Source of the DNA: Lysobacterales bacterium
Lineage (GTDB): Bacteria; Pseudomonadota; Gammaproteobacteria; Xanthomonadales; SZUA-5
DNA length: 64,000 nt
Assembly (NCBI GenBank): GCA_022844165.1
Contig: JALHMH010000007.1
Location: forward strand, 75,841 to 139,840
Direction: 5' to 3'
Within the stretch, counting starts at the first letter, position 1. Every line of letters starts with the position of its first letter. The translations under genes and the position numbers were made by a program. Under the pieces are notes generated by a model. That model was not told where the DNA came from. It made no database searches and saw nothing but the letters and a program-made list of their open reading frames with translations. Shown here in pieces: positions 1-10,035 of this stretch.

Positions 1-788
1 TGCCCGTCGTCAATGCCGAGAAATCCGAAGAGTCCCGCGCGGCAGCGAATCGGGACCACCATCAACGAGCCGATACCAAGCGCCTTCAACGCATTGCGTT
101 CGATCGGCGGAAAGTCATTCAACGTGCCACGTATGCACTGGTCCTTTTGCAGCACGCGAATCCAGCGGGCTTGCGCGGCACTGATCGGCATCCTGACGCC
201 ATCGCGCAGCGCCGACAACCCATTCTTCTGCCAGATCGAGTGCCGGATACTGTAGTTGCCGGGGTCGGTGCCCTCGAATTCGAACAGAAATGCCCGTTGT
301 GCCTGGAAGCACTCACCGACACGCCTCAAGAGTTGCGCGATTCTGGCTTTGAGCGGGCCGTTCCCCAGCAGCAGCGGCGCCGACTGCGCCGCCAGGCTTA
401 AGCCGGCATCGACCGATTTGCGATCGCTGATGTCGAACAGCACACAATGGAAAGCCTCAGCGTCGCCATCACTGCCGCGTTCGACCCAGGAGCGGTCCTC
501 GACCCAACGCCATCGATGACCGCAACGAATCCGATACTCCATGTGCCAGCGCTCGGGATCCGCCGGCAGCGCGAGAATGTCGCTTTCGATCCGCGCCAGA
601 TCTTCCGGATGCATCAGCTCGGCAAAACAGGCGCCTCGCTGGAGCGCCTGCGCGTCGATGCCCCAATCGATGGCATTGGCGGACACTTCCTCAATCGGCC
701 AGCCCGGTGCATTGCGCCAGCGAATCGCAATGGCGCCGGTGTCGGTGATGGCATTGGCAAGGAGGATTTTTTCGACGTTGGCGATCAT
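1..788 (-). CDS. PAS_3 + GAF sensor protein, runs off the left edge (output domain not visible)
   Basis: Not in the ORF track; translated by hand from ATG 788 (AGGGG upstream): MIANVEKILL...LMHPEDLARIE...MEYRIRCGHRWRWVEDRS...VLFDISDRK (PAS/PAC), then ...LGIGSLMVVPIRCRAGLFGFLGIDD (GAF). No stop before position 1. Confidence 0.8.
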   Translation of the reverse strand, partial: MIANVEKILLANAITDTGAIAIRWRNAPGWPIEEVSANAIDWGIDAQALQRGACFAELMHPEDLARIESDILALPADPERWHMEYRIRCGHRWRWVEDRSWVERGSDGDAEAFHCVLFDISDRKSVDAGLSLAAQSAPLLLGNGPLKARIAQLLRRVGECFQAQRAFLFEFEGTDPGNYSIRHSIWQKNGLSALRDGVRMPISAAQARWIRVLQKDQCIRGTLNDFPPIERNALKALGIGSLMVVPIRCRAGLFGFLGIDDG

Positions 789-866
789 GCCTCGCCCCTA
801 ACTTGTGCTTGTCAGGCCGGAGTTTGCTACATCGTCCGCCCCAGAAAAGTTCGGTTGCCGACAAAA

Positions 867-3557
867 TCAGTTTTTGCGAGATTCTTGGCGCACTTCTTCA
901 AGATCCTTGTCGACCATGTCACGGATTTGCACAGGATGTTGGTCGTTCAGACCGGCGCGCATTGTCGCCAGTAGCTGTTCGGCCTCTGTATGACGCTGCA
1001 TACCGCGCAGACTGCGCGCATGACGCAATGGCGCAAGCAGCGCGAACTGTGAGCCGTCGGTCGATAGACGGGATTCTTCCAATAGTTGCCTGGTCAGGGC
1101 ATAGGCCTCATCGAATCGACCTTGGCGTTGTAACGATCCGGTGTATTGATAAAGCACGCGAAGCCGATCCGAATCGCCCGGAGCGAGCGTGCCAAGGGCG
1201 CGGTCGAGCGCTTCGCGGAACTCAGCATCGGCCTCTTCAAATCGCGCGTTGTTGCGCAACGATGAGGCAAACTCGCTGCGCGCCACGAGTGTGCTGCGGT
1301 GCGCCTGGCCAAACCGCGTCTGGGTACCTTCGAGGGACGCTTCCAAGAGCGCAAGCGCCTCTTCATTGCGCGCCACGTTCGAGAACAAGACGCTCAGGTT
1401 CAAGGCTGTTTGCAGTGTTTCAGGATGCGTCTTCCCCTGCTGCTGGACACGCTTTCGATACGCACGTTCCATGATCGGCAGCGCGCTGGCGATATCGCCC
1501 GTCAAATGCAGCAATCGCGCATAGTTCTCTTCCAGGGTCGTTAGCGTCGGGTGATCGACCTCCAGGTGTTGAACGCCCAAAGCGTGCGCTGCGCTCAGAT
1601 GTTCGCGAGCGAGCGTTAAATTGCCCATCCGCTCATGACGCAGCGCCAAATTATTCGCCGCAACAAGCGTAAGCCAGTGCGTCGGCCCAAGCAGCTTTCC
1701 CAACTCGATGAAGGTTGTTTGCGCGAGCGCCAGCGCGGCGCCGTGTTCGCCATTGTCAAACAACGCCGCGGATTTTTCAGTCAGCGCCTGCGCGGTATCA
1801 GGATCGATCGCACCGAAGGTCTCTTGCGCAAATCGGTAAGCCTCATCGGCAGCCGCCAATGCCCGCTCCGGCCGCTTTGCACCGCGCTCGCTCAGGGCGA
1901 TGTTGATGGATACATAAGCGCGCAATCGCGCGGCCCAATCCGCCGGGCATTCAAGACACTGCCCCGCGCTCGCCAGTTGCCCGAGCGTCTGACGAAACTC
2001 CACAAGCGCCGAATCGAACTCGCCGAGTTCTGTCAGGGCGCGCGCATGCGCCGCGAGAATATGCAGCCGCACCGCGGTGCTGGCAGCTTCCTCTCGCAGC
2101 AGCTCGGCCAACGCCTCGCGCGCTTCAGCCACACGACCACCCTCAAGCAAGGCGCGCGCCTTTCCAAACTCCGTCAGCTGAAGTCGCGCACCGGTGATGC
2201 CCGCCGCCCGAAAGTCGGCCGCGGCAGCGGCGAAGTACTCGACGGCACGCGGCGTATCGCCAAGCGCGCGCCAGGTTTCTGCCAGGGATGCGCGCATGCG
2301 CGCACGTGCGACAGGTGCGTCGGACAGGTTGCGTTCCAGTGCACGGTCGGCGTCGCCCAGGACGTCGTGAACGGTGACGGCCCGGCCCTTTGCAAAACTC
2401 GGATTGGCACGCGACAACAGCCCGGTCATCAGTTCGATCATGCCTTCGGATTCCTGGCGCTGGGCTTGTTCGCGCAGAGCGAACTGCATGCTGATGGTCG
2501 CGGCGCCAAACAAGGCCAGAGTGACAGCGGTTGCCGAAGCCACCAAAATACGATTGCGCCGCGCAAACCGGCGCATTTCGGCGTACAGGCTGGCTCGCCT
2601 CGCCAAGATTGCCTCATCCGCCAGATATCGGCGCAGGTCCTCGCTGAATTCAGCAGCGTTGCGATAGCGCTGGTCCTTTTCCTTGGCCAACGCTTTGGCG
2701 AAAATCGTATCGAGATCGCCGGCAAACCTGGCGTCGACACTGGCCAGAGGCCGCGGCACAGCGTTAATGATGGCGTTGAGCACTTGCGCCAGATTGACGC
2801 CGGTCACGGTGTAGGGCATCGCGCCGGTCAACAGGCGATAGCCAATCATGCCGAGCGCATACACGTCGGTGCGGATATCGACCGCACCGGGCTCGCTCAT
2901 CGCTTGCTCTGGGCTCATATAGGCCACGGTGCCGACCACAACGCCGACACCAGTCAGTTCGTCGCCGCCACGGTCGGCCGACAGGCGTGCAACGCCAAAG
3001 TCGAGCACCTTGGGTTGGCCGTCAGCTTTGACCAGAATGTTGCTGGGTTTCAGATCGCGATGAATGACACCGCGGATATGCGCGTGTTCTACCGCGTCGC
3101 AAATGCGACGCAAGATATCCAGACGCTCAGGCACACCGATCGCTGCGCAGTAATCGAGCAGCGGCGTGCCTTGCACATACTCCATTGCGATATACGGTGC
3201 ACGGCCCATCTCGGCGGAGGTACGGCCACTGGCGATCACTTGAGCGATGCCGGGATGGGTGAATCGCGCGAGGATCTGCGCTTCCTGTTGGAAGCGCGCC
3301 AGGTGTTCGGCGTGGGTGATGCCGACGTGCAGCGTTTTGATGGCTACCAGACGCTGCGGGTGACGTTGTTGCGCCAGAAACACAACGCCCATGCCACCGG
3401 CACCGAGCACACGGACGATGGAAAAATCGTCGATGTCATGCCCAATCCAGGCCGCCGGCGTGAGTGCCAGCGGCAGAACCGTTGGTCCTGCCGCCGCCGA
3501 AACGGCGACCCGCGATGGCGGGTCGACGGCCTGCATCAGCGTTGCCGGCTGCTCCAT
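867..3557 (-). CDS. Hanks-type Ser/Thr kinase with TM helix and C-terminal TPR repeats
   Basis: LGAGGMGVV, VAIK, IHRDLKPSNIL, DFG, GTVAYMSPEQ, DVYALG; hydrophobic segment, then HP-TL-type TPR repeats. Start placed at MEQPA (3557) because the ORF-track start overlaps the upstream gene. Confidence 0.9.
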   Translation of the reverse strand: MEQPATLMQAVDPPSRVAVSAAAGPTVLPLALTPAAWIGHDIDDFSIVRVLGAGGMGVVFLAQQRHPQRLVAIKTLHVGITHAEHLARFQQEAQILARFTHPGIAQVIASGRTSAEMGRAPYIAMEYVQGTPLLDYCAAIGVPERLDILRRICDAVEHAHIRGVIHRDLKPSNILVKADGQPKVLDFGVARLSADRGGDELTGVGVVVGTVAYMSPEQAMSEPGAVDIRTDVYALGMIGYRLLTGAMPYTVTGVNLAQVLNAIINAVPRPLASVDARFAGDLDTIFAKALAKEKDQRYRNAAEFSEDLRRYLADEAILARRASLYAEMRRFARRNRILVASATAVTLALFGAATISMQFALREQAQRQESEGMIELMTGLLSRANPSFAKGRAVTVHDVLGDADRALERNLSDAPVARARMRASLAETWRALGDTPRAVEYFAAAAADFRAAGITGARLQLTEFGKARALLEGGRVAEAREALAELLREEAASTAVRLHILAAHARALTELGEFDSALVEFRQTLGQLASAGQCLECPADWAARLRAYVSINIALSERGAKRPERALAAADEAYRFAQETFGAIDPDTAQALTEKSAALFDNGEHGAALALAQTTFIELGKLLGPTHWLTLVAANNLALRHERMGNLTLAREHLSAAHALGVQHLEVDHPTLTTLEENYARLLHLTGDIASALPIMERAYRKRVQQQGKTHPETLQTALNLSVLFSNVARNEEALALLEASLEGTQTRFGQAHRSTLVARSEFASSLRNNARFEEADAEFREALDRALGTLAPGDSDRLRVLYQYTGSLQRQGRFDEAYALTRQLLEESRLSTDGSQFALLAPLRHARSLRGMQRHTEAEQLLATMRAGLNDQHPVQIRDMVDKDLEEVRQESRKN

Positions 3558-3588
3558 CCTGCACCATTTCATCCCTGTTCCGTGCAGT

Positions 3589-6306
3589 TTACTCCGGTTG
3601 CACCGGCGCCACGATGCCGAAGATGCGATTGGCTTGCGGTTGATGATCGCCCGGGGTGTTGTCGGTGAGCGGGAAAACCACGCGATTACCGGAAATGACG
3701 GCACCGCTCACCGTTTGCCAGGCGATGGTTGTGCTGTCGCCCACCACTGTTGGGCCATAGCGCCGCAGCTGCCAGCCGCTGCCCGAGAACTCATAGCCGT
3801 GATAGATGATTTCAGCCAGCGCATACGGACAATTCTGAAACTCGAACTGCAACGGCAGTCGCCCCTGAACGAATCCCGTGTCGTCCAGTACCGTTTCGCT
3901 GCTCAGTGAGGCAACGTTGACAATTTGTGTGCAGGCTGTGCCGCTCTTTTCCTGACCGGGGTTCAGCTGAATATCGCTGAGCGTACCTTGTTGTGCTTCG
4001 CCTTTGTCCTCTGTATCGAAGACGAAACTCGCCACGCCACTTTGCTCAGCATCGACGATACCGTCGCCATTGCCATCTCCGCCGTTCGGTGCAGAAGACT
4101 CGGTGGCATTCGAAGCGCCATCGAGGTCGCTGTCTGCGTGTTGCGTCGATCGCATGGTTCCGCCGGCCGTTCCCGTGTGCACGGTCGGCGTACCGTCGGC
4201 TGCATATGAGACCGCCAGACCAGCGCCGCCAACGGCAGGCGAACCAACGCCAGTGGGCATCCAGGACAGGCCACCGTTGTCGCTGCGGTACACGCCACCT
4301 GGCGCGGCATCTTTTCCGGCGACGCTGGCATAGATGCGCTGGCGGTTCTGAGGATCGGCTTGCAGTGCGAGGACTTCCGTGCCCGAGATGCCGTTGTCTT
4401 GACGCGTCCATCGCAGTCCGCCGTCATCGCTGCGGTAGATGCGGGCCTGGCCCGGCTGGCTGGGATCGGACATGCCGACAAACACGCGCCCGTCGACGAC
4501 GACCAGCGCGGAGACGTCCCAAACAGCACCGGTGCCGCTCATCCTGGGTAGTCCTTCGGTGGCCTCCGTAAACCGTCCGTTGTGGGCGACGAACACCCCG
4601 TTCGAGCCGATGGGTAGCGCATCTGCGCAGCTGGCGCAGTAGCCGTTGGCGCGTGTACCGACGAATATCTGACCGGGTTTGCCGATGGCAATTGCTGTCG
4701 GAGTCGGCGCATACGTGCCGGGTGTGCAGGCGCCAACGGGTAGCGTATCGAATGGTTGCCATGAAGCGGCGGCATCAACGCTGCGCCAGACGCGCGGCAC
4801 TTTGAGCCCGGCCTGCCCTTGGTCACATTGGATGCGGCCATCCGCCGCAAAGTAGAGCACCTGCGCAACACCCTGTTTGACCGATGCGGTGTCGACAACG
4901 AGCGAGCGCACCTGCCCCAGTTGCGCCGCGCCACCGGTGGGCATCGGCACGAGGCGATCTGCAGCGGACCAGCTGCGACCGCTGTCGCTGCTCACAAAGA
5001 CGCCTCCGCGATAGCTCGACTGCGGCATCCCCAGCGGCGCAAAGTCGGCGCCAACGGCATACACGCGGACATTCATTGGCGACAGCGCGTTGCCGGGGTC
5101 GTATACCAGCGCATTGATCGTATCGAGCCCCAGATCTGAATTCGATCGAAACCAGGTGAGGCCGTTGTCCTCTGACCGATAAAGCGCCGGCAGTGTCGGC
5201 CCTGCGCGATCATTGCGCACGCCCGCAAGCAGAATCGAGCCGTGCGGCGGCTGCGCGGCGATCGCGGCGATTGGCGTACTGCGAGGCCCGCCGCCGACAT
5301 TCGTCCATTGCCGATCGGTACTTCCTGCAACAAGCACACCCTCTGCAGAGAACGCGACCCATCGGTTGTGACGCGAATCGATCAGAACTTCGCCGATGGC
5401 TTGTGTGCCCGAGCCACGCTGCGTGACGAAGCTGGTACCGCCGTCCTGACTCTGCGCAACGCCTTCGGTCGTGCCGAACAACAACCGCTGACTATCCAGC
5501 GGATCCGAGGCGAGGCTTTGCAGACGCGCCGTACCCAACTGTGGTGTCAGATCCTCAAAGGCGCTGCCGCCATTCGGCGACCGATAGCTGCCGAAAGCAC
5601 CGGAGAGGAAAAACTGGCCAACAACGTTGGCATTAAACGCGAACAGTTCGGCCCGCGCTGCGCCGTCGGCATCCCACGGACCTGCCACCGGCGAAAACCG
5701 CGCGCCACCGTCGGTACTCAGATACAAGCTTGCGGGGTGGTTCTTCAGATTGCGCTCACCGGCCCACACCAGGACACGGCGGCTGTTATTTGGGTCCACC
5801 GCAACCCGCTCGATGCGCTCGGGCAACTGCGTGTTCGCGACGCGCGTCCAGCGCTCGCCGGCATCGTCGCTGCGCCACAATCCGGCACGGGTCGCCAACC
5901 AGAGCTGGTTCGATGCGCTCGCGGCGTAGGCAATGTCCAGAGTCGCAAAACCCGGCGCGGTTGTTGGTAAGCCAACGCTCTTGCTGCGCCAGTTGCGTCC
6001 GCCATCGACAGAGATGAACGCACCGCCGGCGCCGGCCAGTGCCAGGATTTGTGCTCGATTCGGATGCGCAACGATGCGCAGCGCACCCGGCAGCGCCGAG
6101 GTCAGTCCGGCAGATGCGCTATGCCAGGTGGTGCCACCATCCATCGACTTGTAGATGAATCGGTCGGCGCTTGCGTAAATAGCGCCATCGCTCACCGTGG
6201 CGCTGTCGATACGTCCGCCTTCGGGTCCGTGCGAGGTCCAGCGCAGATCAGAAGCGTGCGCCTGGAGGCCGATCATCATAGAGAGGCAGAGTGCATTGGT
6301 TTTCAT
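3589..6306 (-). CDS. Secreted BNR/Asp-box beta-propeller protein with a C-terminal choice-of-anchor-U-like domain
   Basis: Signal peptide MKTNALCLSMMIGLQAHA; many S-x-D-x-G-x-x-W repeats; C-terminal DGNGDGIVDAEQSGVASF...RRYGPT...LTDN.PGD. Confidence 0.75.
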   Translation of the reverse strand: MKTNALCLSMMIGLQAHASDLRWTSHGPEGGRIDSATVSDGAIYASADRFIYKSMDGGTTWHSASAGLTSALPGALRIVAHPNRAQILALAGAGGAFISVDGGRNWRSKSVGLPTTAPGFATLDIAYAASASNQLWLATRAGLWRSDDAGERWTRVANTQLPERIERVAVDPNNSRRVLVWAGERNLKNHPASLYLSTDGGARFSPVAGPWDADGAARAELFAFNANVVGQFFLSGAFGSYRSPNGGSAFEDLTPQLGTARLQSLASDPLDSQRLLFGTTEGVAQSQDGGTSFVTQRGSGTQAIGEVLIDSRHNRWVAFSAEGVLVAGSTDRQWTNVGGGPRSTPIAAIAAQPPHGSILLAGVRNDRAGPTLPALYRSEDNGLTWFRSNSDLGLDTINALVYDPGNALSPMNVRVYAVGADFAPLGMPQSSYRGGVFVSSDSGRSWSAADRLVPMPTGGAAQLGQVRSLVVDTASVKQGVAQVLYFAADGRIQCDQGQAGLKVPRVWRSVDAAASWQPFDTLPVGACTPGTYAPTPTAIAIGKPGQIFVGTRANGYCASCADALPIGSNGVFVAHNGRFTEATEGLPRMSGTGAVWDVSALVVVDGRVFVGMSDPSQPGQARIYRSDDGGLRWTRQDNGISGTEVLALQADPQNRQRIYASVAGKDAAPGGVYRSDNGGLSWMPTGVGSPAVGGAGLAVSYAADGTPTVHTGTAGGTMRSTQHADSDLDGASNATESSAPNGGDGNGDGIVDAEQSGVASFVFDTEDKGEAQQGTLSDIQLNPGQEKSGTACTQIVNVASLSSETVLDDTGFVQGRLPLQFEFQNCPYALAEIIYHGYEFSGSGWQLRRYGPTVVGDSTTIAWQTVSGAVISGNRVVFPLTDNTPGDHQPQANRIFGIVAPVQPE

Positions 6307-6477
6307 AGTAAAGTTCCTTAGCGCAATTCGCGCACGAGTCAAGTGAGCGGTCCGTTCGCCGCCCTTTTATTGATGCATAGATCGTCGTTGAGGAACTGCT
6401 GCCGCCAGTCGATGTGAGAATTTGCGAGAATTGGGGACGCTAAATCCTCGCCACAAAGCCGCTTTTACGAGCTACGT

Positions 6478-7548
6478 TTGTTAGCCTTGCGCATGGTCGG
6501 GAGAGAGCAAACGGAGATGCGGCTCCAAGCCCTGGAAAATTCACCGAGTGGGGCTGAGTTGCGGCCGGGCAGTCTGGCTGACCTGCATGAATCTAACGCG
6601 CTCCTTGGCGGCGTGTTCGATTTGTCTCCCGTTGCGATGGCGCTGCACGAACCCGAACATGTGATCCTCAATGCCGCCGCACAGCAGTTGTTGGGCACCG
6701 AGCGAGATGCCGATCCTGCGCGTTTCCTCCGGGCGCTGTCCGAGAAACTCGGCGCAGCGCCGCGCACTGGCGAATTCGTCAATGTCGATAGCGAAAGGCA
6801 TTTTGTGGTCAATCAAACCCGACTCGTTGGTGCGGGCGAGTTGTGGTTGTGGTCGATACTGGACGTCAGCGCCACCCATCAATTGAAGCGTCAACGCGAT
6901 CAGTTGCTGACGTTTTTCATGCACGACCTGCGCCATCCATTGTCGTCGATTCTGGCGGTGACAGGCGATGAACATGCGGCGCCGGTCGCGCCGACACCGC
7001 AGCAATTTGCGGAGATTCGCCGGCTCGCCAGGTTAGGGCTGCGTTGGGCCGAAGACATGGCCGCACTGCTCCAGGCGAGTAGTCTCGAACCACGAACATT
7101 CCAGCAGATTCCGCTGCACGAGGTGGTCGACGAAGCGGTGCAAACCTGGTGGATCCATGCACGCACGTCGGGAATCGAGCTGAAACTGATGAGTAACGAT
7201 GAGGTCAACGTCCGCGGTCACCGGGAGTCTTTACTACGGGTGATCAGCAACCTCTTGCACAACGCGATCGAGCACAGCCCACCTGGGAGCGTCGTCATTC
7301 TGGGTTCGACACGCAGCCCCCTGGGTACACAACTGCGTATCCGCAATCGCGTGCTCGCGCCGGGCGACCGTCGGCGCGGACTCGGATTGGGTTTGCGGTA
7401 TGTGCAAAGCGTAGCCAAGCAGCACGGAATCAGTTTCGCCGCTGGAATGCCGGCGGACGGCGAACACTTCGAGGCGACGCTGCATTTCGTCGCCGACGTA
7501 TTGCGCGCGCCGCCATCGCGTCGCGCGTTGCAGGCCCAACGCCCATGA
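6478..7548 (+). CDS. Cytoplasmic sensor histidine kinase with a degenerate ATP lid
   Basis: H-box FMHDLRHPLSSI, N-box NLLHNAIEHS, G2 GLGLGL; ATGA overlap with the response regulator; start uncertain. Confidence 0.8.
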   Translation: MLALRMVGREQTEMRLQALENSPSGAELRPGSLADLHESNALLGGVFDLSPVAMALHEPEHVILNAAAQQLLGTERDADPARFLRALSEKLGAAPRTGEFVNVDSERHFVVNQTRLVGAGELWLWSILDVSATHQLKRQRDQLLTFFMHDLRHPLSSILAVTGDEHAAPVAPTPQQFAEIRRLARLGLRWAEDMAALLQASSLEPRTFQQIPLHEVVDEAVQTWWIHARTSGIELKLMSNDEVNVRGHRESLLRVISNLLHNAIEHSPPGSVVILGSTRSPLGTQLRIRNRVLAPGDRRRGLGLGLRYVQSVAKQHGISFAAGMPADGEHFEATLHFVADVLRAPPSRRALQAQRP

Positions 7549-8237
7549 ACATGTACCCGATCGCCGTTGTTGAAGACGACGAAAACATTCGCCAGTTCCT
7601 GATTCGCGTTTTGAACGAAGCGGGATACGAAGCTCATGGATTCGAACTGGGCCGCAAATACATCGCAGCGCTCGCGCAACAGACATTCGCGCTTGTGGTG
7701 CTCGATTGGGAACTGCCGGATGTAAACGGGATCGAAATTGTGGCATTGATGCGCGGCTCGATGAACTCGGTCACGCCGGTCTTGTTTGTGACGCATCGGG
7801 ATAGCGAGGCCGATGTCGTGACCGCCCTCGGCGCTGGCGCAGACGACTTCCTGAGTAAACCGGTTCGAAGCATGGAGTTGATTGCGCGCGTGAACGCGCA
7901 GCTGCGCCGCTCGCACACTGTCCAGGAGGAAGACGAACGTATCGTCGGCAATATCCAACTGAATCGGCATCTGGCCTACGCGCAAATCGGCGATCAGCGA
8001 ATCGAAATGACCGAACGGGAATTTCTGCTGGCGTGGTTGTTGTTTGGCCGTGTCGGCACGCTGATGACGCGCGAAGAGCTGGCACGCAGCCTGTCTGGCG
8101 CACGTGGCATGGTCGATTCACGAAGCCTGGATACTGCGATTTATCGGATGCGCAAGCGCCTCGCGATCGAACCGAAGAATGGGCTGTTGCTGCGCACAGT
8201 GTATGGCGTCGGATATCGCCTGGAGCGCGTCGGTTGA
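7545..8237 (+). CDS. OmpR-family response regulator
   Basis: VVEDD, LDWELPD, GADDFLSKP receiver; winged helix LRTVYGVGYRL. Confidence 0.92.
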   Translation: MNMYPIAVVEDDENIRQFLIRVLNEAGYEAHGFELGRKYIAALAQQTFALVVLDWELPDVNGIEIVALMRGSMNSVTPVLFVTHRDSEADVVTALGAGADDFLSKPVRSMELIARVNAQLRRSHTVQEEDERIVGNIQLNRHLAYAQIGDQRIEMTEREFLLAWLLFGRVGTLMTREELARSLSGARGMVDSRSLDTAIYRMRKRLAIEPKNGLLLRTVYGVGYRLERVG

Positions 8238-8353
8238 GCGCTGTTGGAAAATCTCTTCCGGCCGCCTAGGCAGAAGGCGGGATCGCGCCGAGCGCCGCCG
8301 AGTCCTCCGCGGACGGCTATGCTCCCGGCACAATTTGCCGTCCGACGTTGCCG

Positions 8354-9913
8354 ATGAATATCCATGCCGACAAGATCCTGATCCTTGACTTTGGTTCGCA
8401 ATACACGCAGCTCATCGCGCGGCGAATCCGCGAGTTGGGTGTGTATTGCGAAATCTGGTCATGGGACCACGAACCCTCGGAAATAGCGGGTTTTGCGCCG
8501 AAAGGCATCATTTTGTCGGGCGGGCCGGAATCGACGCTGGATCCGCAGTCGCCGCGGGCGCCAGAGCAGGTCTGGAGCGCCGGCGTGCCCGTGCTCGGCA
8601 TCTGCTACGGGATGCAGACGATGGCCATGCAACTGGGCGGGCGAGTCGTGCCGGGGCACGAGCGCGAGTTCGGATATGCCTCGGTGCTGCCCACCGGGCG
8701 CTCGCGTCTGCTCGATGGGCTCGACGAGAATCCGGCAAATGCGCTGGATGTGTGGATGAGCCACGGCGATCGTGTCGATGCCCTGCCGCCTGGCTTTCAG
8801 ACCATCGGCGCCACGCAGACCGTGCCGATTGTTGCGATGGCCGATGAGCGACGTGGGCTTTATGGCGTTCAGTTTCATCCCGAAGTCACGCACACCGCCA
8901 AGGGGGGCGCGATCTTGCGTCGCTTCCTGGTGGACATCTGCGGCGCCGCGACGCTTTGGACCTCAGAGCTGATTATCGACGATGCCATGGCGCGCGTGCG
9001 CGCTCAGGTCGGTTCCGACATCGTGCTTCTCGGCTTGTCAGGCGGTGTGGACTCGTCGGTCGTTGCAGCGCTGCTGCATAAGGCCATCGGCCAGCAGCTG
9101 ATCTGTTTGTTCGTCGACACCGGACTGCTGCGCTACAACGAAGGCGATCAGGTGATGGACCAGTTCGCCGGTCAGCGGCACCTGAACGTGGTTCGCATCG
9201 ACGCGCGCGAGCGGTTTTTCGACGCTCTGAGCGGCGTGGCCGACCCTGAAGCCAAGCGCAAGATCATTGGTGCCGAATTTGTGGCGGTGTTCGACGAAGC
9301 CGCGCGTCGCTACGGCAATGCCCGGTGGCTGGCGCAAGGGACGATCTACCCCGATGTGATCGAATCGGCCGGCTCGAAGACTGGCAAAGCGCACGTCATT
9401 AAGTCGCACCACAATGTCGGCGGCTTGCCAGCCGGGATGCGCATGGGATTGGTCGAGCCCTTGCGCGAGCTGTTCAAAGATGAGGTGCGGCGATTGGGTG
9501 TTACACTCGGCCTGCCGCCCGAGATGGTTTACCGCCATCCGTTTCCTGGTCCCGGCCTTGGCGTGCGCATTCTCGGCGAAGTCACCCGCGATGCTGCGGA
9601 CGTGCTGCAACGCGCGGACGCGATCTTCATCGATGAGCTGCGCGCTGCCGGTTGGTACGACAAGGTCAGTCAGGCATTCGCCGTGTACCTGCCGTGCCGT
9701 TCAGTGGGCGTCGTTGGCGACGCGCGCGCCTACGAGCCGGTCATCGCCCTGCGCGCGGTCGAGACCATCGATTTCATGACCGCACACTGGGCGCATTTGC
9801 CCTATCACTTGCTCGATCATGTCGCACGGCGCATCGTCAACGAAGTTCGCGGCGTCAGTCGCGTGGTCTATGACATCAGCGGCAAACCGCCTGCGACCAT
9901 CGAATGGGAATAA
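8354..9913 (+). CDS. guaA: GMP synthase (glutamine-hydrolysing)
   Basis: [51 protein letters not shown]. Confidence 0.98.
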   Translation: MNIHADKILILDFGSQYTQLIARRIRELGVYCEIWSWDHEPSEIAGFAPKGIILSGGPESTLDPQSPRAPEQVWSAGVPVLGICYGMQTMAMQLGGRVVPGHEREFGYASVLPTGRSRLLDGLDENPANALDVWMSHGDRVDALPPGFQTIGATQTVPIVAMADERRGLYGVQFHPEVTHTAKGGAILRRFLVDICGAATLWTSELIIDDAMARVRAQVGSDIVLLGLSGGVDSSVVAALLHKAIGQQLICLFVDTGLLRYNEGDQVMDQFAGQRHLNVVRIDARERFFDALSGVADPEAKRKIIGAEFVAVFDEAARRYGNARWLAQGTIYPDVIESAGSKTGKAHVIKSHHNVGGLPAGMRMGLVEPLRELFKDEVRRLGVTLGLPPEMVYRHPFPGPGLGVRILGEVTRDAADVLQRADAIFIDELRAAGWYDKVSQAFAVYLPCRSVGVVGDARAYEPVIALRAVETIDFMTAHWAHLPYHLLDHVARRIVNEVRGVSRVVYDISGKPPATIEWE

Positions 9914-10035
9914 GCGATCGTGGAATTGTGAACCCTGGCTAACCAGCAGTGATGCAGCTATCTGCCATCGGCCTGCATTCCTGCGTTTAGCTCTGACAGC
10001 GGTACACTTACACAACTCTATGCCTGGGCCTTGCC

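Noticed and set aside
1635-3668. 677-aa plus-strand ORF, and similar long ORFs at 23025-24638, 33722-35362, 49236-50573 and 55229-56629
   Set aside because: Antisense shadows of well-supported genes in high-GC DNA; no motifs.
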